The position numbers and the translations under genes are program-made. From NCBI GenBank assembly GCA_965219995.1, contig CBDCOX010000002.1:2720001-2784000 (forward strand): DNA of 64,000 nt, in the 5' to 3' direction. Positions 1 to 8,129 of this stretch are shown here, piece by piece; positions within the stretch are counted from its first letter, which is position 1; each line of letters begins with the position of its first letter. This stretch comes from Candidatus Latescibacterota bacterium (GTDB lineage Bacteria; Latescibacterota; UBA2968; GCA-2709665). The notes beneath the pieces are model-generated. The model had not been told where the DNA came from, ran no database searches, and worked only from the letters and a program-made list of their open reading frames with translations.

Positions 1-870
1 GGTGGCGCTGAACCGGTGGGTCCCGCCCTCCTCGATTGATACGGACGATGGTCTCACCGTGACACGGGCCACAACCGGCGGCGACTCGGTCACGGTCAAC
101 GTCGCCGTGCCGGATACGCCGTCCACCGTCGCCGTGATCGTCGTGGAACCGGCGTCCACCCCCGTTGCCAATCCGGATGAGTTGATGGTCGCCACCGAGG
201 TGCTGCTGCTCGTCCAGGAAAAGGTCTTGCCGGATATCATCGTGTTGTCCGAGTCATAGGCGGTGGCGCTGAACTGCTGGGTACCGCCCTCTTCGATCAT
301 TACGGACGATGGACTCACCGCGACACGGGCCACAACCGGCGGCGACTCGGTCACGGTCAACGTCGCCGTGCCGGATACGCCGTCCACCGTCGCCGTGATC
401 GTCGTGGAACCGGCGTCCACCCCCGTTGCCAATCCGGATGAGTTGATGGTCGCCACCGAGGTGCTGCTGCTCGTCCAGGAAAAGGTCTTGCCGGATATCA
501 TCGTGTTGTCCGAGTCATAGGCGGTGGCGCCGAACTGCTGGGTACCGCCCTCTTCGATTGATACGGACGATGGACTCACCGCGACACGGGCCACAACCGG
601 CGGCGGCTCGGTCACGGTCAACGACGCCGTGCCGGATACGCCGTCCACCGTCGCCGTGATCGTCGTGGAACCGGCGTCCACCCCCGTTGCCAACCCGGAC
701 GCGTTGATGGTCGCCACCGAGGTGCTGCTGCTCGTCCAGGAAAAGGTCTTGCCGGATATCATCGTGTTGTCCGAGTCATAGGCGGTGGCGCTGAACTGGT
801 GGGTCCCGCCCTCCTCGATCGTTACGGACGATGGACTCACCGCGACACGGGCCACAACCGGCGGCGGCGG
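1..870. repeat. Near-identical 261-bp tandem repeats (3 full + 1 partial) encoding 87-aa Ig-like domains
   Basis: ggtggcgc(t/c)gaac recurs at 1, 262, 523 and 784; period 261 nt with few substitutions. Confidence 0.95.
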
Positions 871-1197
871 CTCGCAGGTCGTGCCGAACACTTCGGCAAA
901 GAGCACAAAATCACGAAAGCCGATCGCGTCATCGCCGTCTATATCCATCAGCGCGTTGAAATTGGCATCGCCCGAAGAGGTGTTAAACACTGCGACAAAG
1001 GAAAGAAAATCCGCGAATTCAACGATACCATTGTTGTCAAAATCAGCCTGACAGGCACGATTCCCGTCTCCGCCGTCGGAGATTAGATCGTGAGACACGA
1101 CGGCCCTCGCGTTGGGACCGGCAAAGTCCGATGCTGAGAAGACGTGCAACAAAACGGCGAGAAGTAACAGCTTCCTGTTTGTCCTGTTCGTAAACAT
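1..1197 (-). CDS. Secreted protein with dockerin-like EF-hand pair followed by tandem bacterial Ig-like (Big_2) repeats; runs off the left edge
   Basis: Not in the ORF track because it has no stop in the window. Manual translation from ATG 1197 gives MFTNRTNRKLLLLAVLLHVFSA (signal-like), then ADFDNNGIVEFADFLSFV...MDIDGDDAIGFRDFVLFAEVFG (dockerin-like). After that come repeats of VARVAVSPSSVTIEEGGT.QF.ATAYD...FSWTSSSTSVATIN.SGLATGVDAGSTTITATVDGVSGTA.LTV (Big_2 pattern). Confidence 0.85.
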   Translation of the reverse strand, partial: MFTNRTNRKLLLLAVLLHVFSASDFAGPNARAVVSHDLISDGGDGNRACQADFDNNGIVEFADFLSFVAVFNTSSGDANFNALMDIDGDDAIGFRDFVLFAEVFGTTCEPPPPVVARVAVSPSSVTIEEGGTHQFSATAYDSDNTMISGKTFSWTSSSTSVATINASGLATGVDAGSTTITATVDGVSGTASLTVTEPPPVVARVAVSPSSVSIEEGGTQQFGATAYDSDNTMISGKTFSWTSSSTSVATINSSGLATGVDAGSTTITATVDGVSGTATLTVTESPPVVARVAVSPSSVMIEEGGTQQFSATAYDSDNTMISGKTFSWTSSSTSVATINSSGLATGVDAGSTTITATVDGVSGTATLTVTESPPVVARVTVRPSSVSIEEGGTHRFSAT

Positions 1198-1376
1198 GGC
1201 AGGCACGTCCTGTTGTAATGGTTCGGGTCTGTAAGGCTTTGTTCGTGTTGCCGTCCGACGCTCCGCTCCCGTCCTTCGTCTACGCGGTCATGATGTTGAT
1301 AAAGTCGCTCTGCCGGCCTGCCGGTGAAGTCTTGGCAGGCAGGTAACCCGGACGGGATCTTTCAACGGGGTGCTAA

Positions 1377-2438
1377 TCACCTGATCCGGCCGCGGGCGTG
1401 CACCGGCCAGGTCGCTTCCACCGTCCCGTTTCGGGTGGCAACCATTTCGTCGTGTTCGTTCACGCAGGGACAGGGGTGAACGGGAAGCACCTGCACGCGC
1501 TCGCCGATCTCCGGTTTGACCGGGCATCGGGAAATATCCACGTGGCCATGCTCTTCGGACGCGATTCCGATCAGCGCGTCGGGGTATTCGACGATATGCC
1601 CCATGCAGTCTCCCCGGTCGGTCCTGTAGATGGAGGCGCTCAGCGCCTTGCTCCCCGCATCCAGGAACATACGGTCTCCGGTGGGCCTGCTCACCACGGT
1701 GGTGATCACCCGAAGCGCGCACTGCTCCAGGGTGTGTCGCCCCTCCGCAAGGTGCATGGCGCCTCCAACCGGATATTCGCCGGCGCGGTATTCCGTGAGT
1801 TCGGGAATTTCGTGCGCTTCCATGGCGTGCGGAGTGCCGCCGCCGCTTACCACGTCGCGGGGAAGGCCTGCCCTGTCGAACCGGTCTATCGTCTCCTGGA
1901 TGAGCGGTCTCGAATCGGGCGGCGTGGGAAAGCCCATGAATCCCCTGAGTTCCAGGCCGGGAAGATCGTGGACGAGCTTCGCCAGTTCCGTGGCCTCCCT
2001 GGGCGTGGGAACGCCCGTGCGTTCAAACCCCATTTCCACTTCGATAAGGACACCGATGGAAACGCCTTCGGAGGAGGAGGCGCGGGAGAGTCCCCTGACG
2101 GTGTATTCGGAGTCGGGCGCGAGGGTTACCGGAAGTCTTTTTGCCAGGGCCGTAAGCCGGTCGAGTTTCTGTGCGCCCATGATATTGTACGGTATGAGCA
2201 GGTCGGTGTGGATGCCGCCCGCCGCCAGGACTTCGGCTTCCCCGAGCTTCTGGCAGGTGAGGCCGATTGCGCCGTATTTCAATTGCATGTGGGCGACGGC
2301 CAGCGTCTTGTGAGTCTTGATATGCGGGCGGAAGCCGATGCCGTTTTTCTCGAAATAGCCGTGGTACCGCTCGAGGTTTTCTTCCAGCGCGTCCAGATTG
2401 ACGGCCAGGAAGGGCGTGTCCATTTCGTCGATGCGCAT
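1377..2438 (-). CDS. DSD1/D-threonine aldolase family PLP-dependent enzyme (alanine racemase fold)
   Basis: TPFLAVNLDALEENL, RPHIKTHK (PLP lysine), DAGSKALS, SEEHG and VLPVHPCP motifs; start set at MRIDEMD. Confidence 0.85.
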   Translation of the reverse strand: MRIDEMDTPFLAVNLDALEENLERYHGYFEKNGIGFRPHIKTHKTLAVAHMQLKYGAIGLTCQKLGEAEVLAAGGIHTDLLIPYNIMGAQKLDRLTALAKRLPVTLAPDSEYTVRGLSRASSSEGVSIGVLIEVEMGFERTGVPTPREATELAKLVHDLPGLELRGFMGFPTPPDSRPLIQETIDRFDRAGLPRDVVSGGGTPHAMEAHEIPELTEYRAGEYPVGGAMHLAEGRHTLEQCALRVITTVVSRPTGDRMFLDAGSKALSASIYRTDRGDCMGHIVEYPDALIGIASEEHGHVDISRCPVKPEIGERVQVLPVHPCPCVNEHDEMVATRNGTVEATWPVHARGRIR

Positions 2439-2783
2439 GCAGGGCTCCTTCGCCTGGAGTGGCCGGGTTAAGCGCGTTGCCATTAAATAGCGCGCGCGCG
2501 GGCACAGGTCAAGGAATTTCGCAGGGGGAGCCCGCGGGAACGCTTTTCGCTTGACATGGGGCGTCCGCGGCCCAAAGTTTAGTGGCGCAAATAAGCCTCA
2601 TAAGCCTGTGAATCCCGTTGGCGGCGCAGGGTCTTCGAGACATGAAAGCCGAGGTCCGCGCGGGTCTCAGGCGGCGATGGGTTATTGACCCGGAACAGCA
2701 GGTTGGATAGGTTTCATATAGAACGGTCCACGCTGTGTACTAAACGTGCAAACAAACGAATTACAGGTTCGCGGAGCAAGGCT

Positions 2784-5246
2784 ATGGCAAACCACACCTG
2801 TCGTTGCAGCCCCCGCCGTCCGGCCCGCCGGTGTGTCTGGCTGTGGGTCCTTACAGTTTCCCTGGTGTCGCAAACACCGGCAGATGAGCGGGCGGGACCG
2901 GCGGTCCGACCGGCCGCGCGGGACTCCCTGGTTTCCGTGTCCGATCAACACGTGCATTCGGGCGATTACGCGGAAGCGGCCCGAATTCTCGGGCAACTCG
3001 TCGAGGCATTTCCGAAAAACGTCGACCTCCTCACGCGCCAGGGGAACGCCCTGCTGAAAGCGGGAGATTTCGAATCCGCCATCATTGCATTTGAGTCGGC
3101 GAAGAAACTCGACTCCGACCTTCCGGGCACCTACGTGGGGCTCGGACTCGCCAGATTGCGAAACTCTGGAAGAGGGTTGGAGGCGTTTTTCAACTTTCGC
3201 CAGGCCGTCGGGGAAGCCAGGTCCGCCATCGAGATCAACGCCGCATACGGGCCGGCATACCGGCTTCTGGGGGAGGCCTACGGACGATTCGAAGAAGACC
3301 ACGAAAAGGCCGTGGGCTTCTATATGACGTCTATCGAACTGGAACCGGACAATCCGGAAGGTCGTTACGAATTCGGTCTTTCGCTGGTCCAGCTCGGGCA
3401 ATTCGACAAAATCGACGAATACATTACCCCTTTTATCGAGACGCATCCGTCGGAAACCCGGTTGCTTCCACTGGCCGCGCAGGCGCACTTCTACCTGGAG
3501 CGGTTCGGACGGGCCCTGGAGCACTTCGACCGGTATCTGCAGACGCTGGACCCCGAGGAGCGCAGTCTCTATACAGACATCTCCCTGGTCGCCTCCGCGG
3601 AGGAACTCGAAGCGTACCGGGCCGCCGCAGGAGAGGAAAAGGAAACCTTCCTCGAAAGGTTCTGGCTGAAGAGGGATTCCGACATCCTGACAGCGATCAA
3701 CGAACGGGTCATCGAACACTATCGCCGCGTCTGGTACGCCAGGACCTTCTTCGCAACCGGCGCCAACCCCTGGGACAAGCGAGGGGAGGTCTACATACGC
3801 TACGGAGAACCGGATCACCGGTCCCGGTCCACGCGCAGGCAATTTGTGCAGAATCCGAGAGTCCAGGCCGTCCGCGACCGGATGGCGGTGGCTCTCTACG
3901 GCGACGAGGCCGCGCTGCTGACGTTTACAGGCCCCGTGTTTCCGATTCGGGCGAATCGCAGCCACCTCGAGGCCACGCTCTTCGATGACAATGTCATCGC
4001 GGACGCGGCCGGCGCGACAACGGCAGACGACGACGCCGGCGTCGACGCCTCCCAGGTGTCCGCGCAGGCGGAAAACGAAACTGACCCCACGGCGATGATC
4101 AGGGAAGACAGCCGTTTCGACGAGTTCGGGAATCTGAATACCCGGCTCAATTTCGGCGGGTACGCCCCGATCACCCTGGACAACGAGGTCGGGACCGTAC
4201 CCTGGGAAACCTGGACGTACACGAGTATCGGAATTGGCATGGAAATCACATTCACCGACGAGCGAGGTACCGGCGCGTTCGACTTCGCGCCCATCCCGCC
4301 ACCATCGCTGGACACGGACGTGTCCCGGCTGGCCCGGTTTACGGAATACGCCCCCCGCGTGGTTTTTCGCAACGCGGTCGCACGTGTGCCCGACGTCTAC
4401 AATCCCGCGTTCCACCAGGCCCCGCTGGACTTCTACTTCGATCTGGCCAGCTTCCGCGCGCCGGAGGGCCGGACCACGCTCGAGGTCTACTACGGGATAC
4501 CCGCCGAACAGGTGAAGGTCGCGCGCAGGCGCGATGTGTCCTATATTCAGGTGAAATGCGCGCTCGCGCTGGCCAACGCGGATTACAGTAAGATTCACCG
4601 GACGGATTCCAGCCGCGCCTACCGCGTCGCGAGCGATTACAGAGGCTCCCAGAAGGCATTTATGCCGGAGTTGCTGAAACTCGAAGTCCCCCCCGGTGAA
4701 TACGACCTTCAGGTCCAGATCAAAGATCTGATTTCCGGCCATACCGGCATTTACAGGCAGTCGGTGGACGTGAAGGAATATCCCGAAGACCGGCTCAGGA
4801 TCAGCGATATTCAGCTTGCTGCCGCAATCGGCGAAACGAAGCTGCAGGAACGGTTCAAGAAGGGAGAGGTGTGGGTTGTACCCATGCCCACGCGGAACTA
4901 CCGGGGCGCCCAGCAGGTATACGCATACTACGAGATCTACAACCTGAAGAAGGACCGTTTCGGCCAGACGCGCTTCAAGGTGAAGTACGTCGTGCGGTAC
5001 GTTTCGAAACCCATCCGTGGCGCGCTCGGCTCGGTGGCGTCCGGTCTCCGCTCGCTGTTCAGAAGCAAAAGACCCTCGGTCTCGATTTCGTACGAACACG
5101 AGGGTACCGAGCCGAACGAACAGGGTTACCTGGAATTCAACCTCGACAAGGTCAAACACGGCGTGAATGTGCTTGAAGTCGAAATTAAGGACCTTGTCAG
5201 CGGCAAGAGCGAAGAGCGCGAAATCCGATTTCAGTACGGTGGTTGA
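2784..5246 (+). CDS. TPR-repeat, GWxTD-domain protein
   Basis: N-terminal TPR-like helices; FLERFWLKRD...INERVIEHYRRVWYARTFF...PWDKRGEVYIRYGEPD is the GWxTD-domain pattern; beta-rich C-terminal half. Start uncertain (ORF open from 2685). Confidence 0.8.
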   Translation: MANHTCRCSPRRPARRCVWLWVLTVSLVSQTPADERAGPAVRPAARDSLVSVSDQHVHSGDYAEAARILGQLVEAFPKNVDLLTRQGNALLKAGDFESAIIAFESAKKLDSDLPGTYVGLGLARLRNSGRGLEAFFNFRQAVGEARSAIEINAAYGPAYRLLGEAYGRFEEDHEKAVGFYMTSIELEPDNPEGRYEFGLSLVQLGQFDKIDEYITPFIETHPSETRLLPLAAQAHFYLERFGRALEHFDRYLQTLDPEERSLYTDISLVASAEELEAYRAAAGEEKETFLERFWLKRDSDILTAINERVIEHYRRVWYARTFFATGANPWDKRGEVYIRYGEPDHRSRSTRRQFVQNPRVQAVRDRMAVALYGDEAALLTFTGPVFPIRANRSHLEATLFDDNVIADAAGATTADDDAGVDASQVSAQAENETDPTAMIREDSRFDEFGNLNTRLNFGGYAPITLDNEVGTVPWETWTYTSIGIGMEITFTDERGTGAFDFAPIPPPSLDTDVSRLARFTEYAPRVVFRNAVARVPDVYNPAFHQAPLDFYFDLASFRAPEGRTTLEVYYGIPAEQVKVARRRDVSYIQVKCALALANADYSKIHRTDSSRAYRVASDYRGSQKAFMPELLKLEVPPGEYDLQVQIKDLISGHTGIYRQSVDVKEYPEDRLRISDIQLAAAIGETKLQERFKKGEVWVVPMPTRNYRGAQQVYAYYEIYNLKKDRFGQTRFKVKYVVRYVSKPIRGALGSVASGLRSLFRSKRPSVSISYEHEGTEPNEQGYLEFNLDKVKHGVNVLEVEIKDLVSGKSEEREIRFQYGG

Positions 5247-5347
5247 CGGACAGTCGCCGCGAGATTCAAACGCTGATTGTACTGCAGATACCGGGGCGCG
5301 TTGCGCGTGAGTTGTCGTTACGGGAAATACAATCGTACGAGTAACTG

Positions 5348-6943
5348 ATGAGAATGGATATGAAACGTCGCGCTGGATCCGCCATGGTCGCGGCGGTCGC
5401 CATCCTCGCGGTGCTCGCACACCAGGAAACGCCGGCGCAGACCGCCGGGTTCGATCCGGAAGCCCTTGCGAAGCAGTTCGTGGGCTTCGACGTCTCGCGA
5501 AACGCGGGCAAGGGATACTCCGAGAGCGCGAGTTCCGCCACGCTGGCGTGGGGCGAGAGTTACTACCTGAACGCCTACGTCAAGATGTACCGGGCAACCC
5601 GGTACACGCGGTGGCTGGACAAGGTCGTGGACCACTTCGACCGGATGGTCGCCAATATGAGCGACCACGACGGCGACGGCATCCCCGGGTGGCACACGGA
5701 CCGGTATTCCGTGTCCCGGATGCGGGCCCGGGCGATGCACAACCGGGGGACGGCGTCGATCCGCCCGGAAGAAGCCACTGTCACGAATATCGAGCAGGCC
5801 CACGAGGCGATCGACGCGGAGTTCATCCTCGAACGGATCGCATCCGACCGGTACGTGGTGCGGGACCTCACCCGTTCGGACGTGGTCTATGACGGTCCAT
5901 ATTCCCTGGGACAGGACATCCCCGGCATTCCGGGTTTCAAATTGCGCCTGGACAGGATCCCCGAAATCGGAGACAAATTCCGGGTGGAGACGTGGGCGGT
6001 GCGTCCCCTGGAATACGCCGTGCACGAGGGAATGATCCTCTACCCCGTCGCGCAGTTTGTCGAACTGGCCCTCAGGGTCGATAGTCTGAGGACGCGCTAC
6101 GGGGAAAAGGCGCGCGCCTACCTTGAACTGATCGAGGAGCGCGTGTTGAGAAAGCAGGAGCGCCATTGGGTGCAGTTGGCGCCCGGTATGGGAGCCTACC
6201 GCTTTACCGAGTCGTCCGCCGAACGATTTCCCAACCGCATCCTCCCGCACAACCAGTACCTCGCGCTCGGCCGCGTCTACCTGGTACTGAAAGACGTGTC
6301 GGATGAGCCGTTGTTCGAGGAGCGCGCCGCGCAGATGGCCGCGTTCTTCAAGGATTCCTTGAAGGAAACGGGAGACGCGTATACCTGGGCGTACTGGGAC
6401 TGGGTTGAGGCGGGCATGCCCGATCGGAGCGGCACTGAGGACACGAGCCACGGGCACATCGACGTGGAGTTCGCCGTCGAGGCCTACCGGCGGGGCGTGG
6501 TCTTCACGCGGGCGGACATGCTCCGGTTCGCAAGGACGCTGACGGACCAGATGTGGAACGGGTCGCTCTCGAGTCCGAAGATCGGTTCCCGCGTGGACCG
6601 GCAGGACGGAGACGCGACGATCATCCGGGGCTGGATCGAACTCTGCCGGTGGGACCCGCGGGTCTGGGACATTTACTGGGCGCTGTTCGACCGCATCGGC
6701 AGACCCGGGCTGGAAATCCCGCACATCCTTTACACCAGGACAGTGCTCGATGGCCCGCCGGAGATCAAGTCGCCGGACTTCAACGGCGACCGAAAGGTGG
6801 ACTTCCAGGACTTCCTTGCGTTCGCACGGTACTTCGGTTCGACGTCGGACACCGGCTCGTTCGACGAGAGGTACGATCTGGACGGCGACGGCAGCGTCAA
6901 CTTCGCGGACTTCATCGCATTCGCCGCCGCGTTCGGCGCCTGA
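5348..6943 (+). CDS. Secreted alpha/alpha-toroid-like protein with C-terminal dockerin-like EF-hand domain
   Basis: Signal peptide (AMVAAVAILAVLA); LAWGESYYLNAY..MYRAT..TRWLD and EDTSHG motifs; C-terminal PDFNGDRKVDFQDFLAFARYFG...YDLDGDGSVNFADFIAFAAAFG. Confidence 0.7.
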   Translation: MRMDMKRRAGSAMVAAVAILAVLAHQETPAQTAGFDPEALAKQFVGFDVSRNAGKGYSESASSATLAWGESYYLNAYVKMYRATRYTRWLDKVVDHFDRMVANMSDHDGDGIPGWHTDRYSVSRMRARAMHNRGTASIRPEEATVTNIEQAHEAIDAEFILERIASDRYVVRDLTRSDVVYDGPYSLGQDIPGIPGFKLRLDRIPEIGDKFRVETWAVRPLEYAVHEGMILYPVAQFVELALRVDSLRTRYGEKARAYLELIEERVLRKQERHWVQLAPGMGAYRFTESSAERFPNRILPHNQYLALGRVYLVLKDVSDEPLFEERAAQMAAFFKDSLKETGDAYTWAYWDWVEAGMPDRSGTEDTSHGHIDVEFAVEAYRRGVVFTRADMLRFARTLTDQMWNGSLSSPKIGSRVDRQDGDATIIRGWIELCRWDPRVWDIYWALFDRIGRPGLEIPHILYTRTVLDGPPEIKSPDFNGDRKVDFQDFLAFARYFGSTSDTGSFDERYDLDGDGSVNFADFIAFAAAFGA

Positions 6944-6972
6944 AGAGACAGGCAATTCAGGAGAAACGGGCA

Positions 6973-8097
6973 GTGCCATTATCTGTAATTCCCAAGGGTC
7001 GTCTCTCGTTTCGGTCCGTTGGCCGGCTGGGCTGGGCCTGCATTCGCATCTCGGCCGGCGTCGCCGTCGTCGTCGTACCGTTCGGCTACGCGATCACCGG
7101 CGTCCACAAGGACGTCCTGATGGGGGCCGGTTCCGGGCTCGCGTTCGGCATCGGCGTGGGACTGCGCACCGGTCTGTCTTCGGGCATCCTGATCGGTTCG
7201 GTTGCCGGGCTGATTACCGCGCTGTTGGCCGGTCTGATCCCGCAGGACGGGACGCTTTTCATCGTTCCGCCGGTCGTTGCGCTCGCCGTCGGTCTGATCG
7301 ACGGCATTGCTCCGGCGGTCCACGGCGGATACCGCCGGGCCGTGCTCGAGTCCCTGACGATGTCCGTCCTGCTCGGAGTGGGTCTGCTTCCCGGGCTGGG
7401 TCACGCCGGACTGATATCCTCCCTTATGGTCATGCCGCCCACCGCCCTGATCGCGGGCTCGTACGGACAGATCGCCGCCAGGCGTCCTTTCCGCCCGCCC
7501 GTGTTGCTGATACTTGGATCCGTGGCGATGTGGGTCTCCGTGATCCTCCTGGCGGCGCACGAGTTCGAGAAGGCCGCTGTCCGGATCAATAACGTCCCCG
7601 TCAACCCGGTCCTGATCTCCACGTTCTATATCGTTGTGTGCATGCTTATCGTACCCGTCGTCACGTTCCTGGCGGGACGGGCGGCCGCCGTATGGGTCAA
7701 GCCGCGGCTCCGGGTCTACGCACAGCTCACCGAATACCTGAGGGTGATGTGGGTGCCCATCGGGAGCTTTGCGATCGGCTATCTGACGCTGATCGTCCTG
7801 TTCGCCGGATTCTACGGCATGCTGGGGCGGTTCAGCCAGGACGCGTTCACGGGCGACGGGAACGCCACCGGCGTCGTCGACTGGATGACGTTCGCGTTCT
7901 TTACCGCGCTGGCCAGGGATTACTCGGAGATCATCCCGGTATCGGTCAGTGCGCGGGCGCTGGTCGGCGGCCACCTGATCCTTTCGATCGGGTGGGGTCT
8001 CGTCGTGTTCGCGGCCGTGATGTCGTACCTCCAGCCGCAGATCGAGCGGATCGCAAGACAGGTGGAACCGGACGACGGCGACCGCGGGGACGCCTGA
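6973..8097 (+). CDS. Polytopic membrane protein with C-terminal two-TM ion-channel-like (Ion_trans_2-like) module
   Basis: GTG at 6973 after caggaga; many Gly-rich hydrophobic helices; C-terminal YLTLIVLFAGFY..L...DAF...DWMTFAFFT....YSEIIPVS..ARALV...LILSIGW. Confidence 0.6.
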   Translation: MPLSVIPKGRLSFRSVGRLGWACIRISAGVAVVVVPFGYAITGVHKDVLMGAGSGLAFGIGVGLRTGLSSGILIGSVAGLITALLAGLIPQDGTLFIVPPVVALAVGLIDGIAPAVHGGYRRAVLESLTMSVLLGVGLLPGLGHAGLISSLMVMPPTALIAGSYGQIAARRPFRPPVLLILGSVAMWVSVILLAAHEFEKAAVRINNVPVNPVLISTFYIVVCMLIVPVVTFLAGRAAAVWVKPRLRVYAQLTEYLRVMWVPIGSFAIGYLTLIVLFAGFYGMLGRFSQDAFTGDGNATGVVDWMTFAFFTALARDYSEIIPVSVSARALVGGHLILSIGWGLVVFAAVMSYLQPQIERIARQVEPDDGDRGDA

Positions 8098-8129
8098 CGC
8101 GTCCGTAAAGACAGATACGGAGGACGAAA

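Noticed and set aside
1-870. Possible CRISPR array
   Set aside because: The units are 261-bp coding repeats with no unique spacers, and there are no cas genes.
2-1051. Four repeated + strand ORFs of 85-88 aa
   Set aside because: They are antisense shadows of the Ig-repeat gene on the minus strand.
1289-1375. Possible degenerate MITE (gatgttgataaagtc ... gatctttcaacggggtgc with internal cctgcc/ggcagg)
   Set aside because: The terminal match is too weak to support without a genome-wide search.
2500-2780. Possible structured ncRNA or riboswitch in the divergent intergenic region
   Set aside because: No known RNA family signature could be recognised; only a TTGACA box at 2551.
2682-5420. Long minus-strand ORF of 912 aa, and similar ones at 5318-6979, 8385-10712, 18301-20907 and 44521-46548
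   Set aside because: They lie antisense to well-supported genes, have no recognisable motifs, and are expected in high-GC DNA.
6553-6972. N-terminal extension of the membrane protein ORF
   Set aside because: It overlaps the upstream gene in another frame; the RBS supports a start at 6973.
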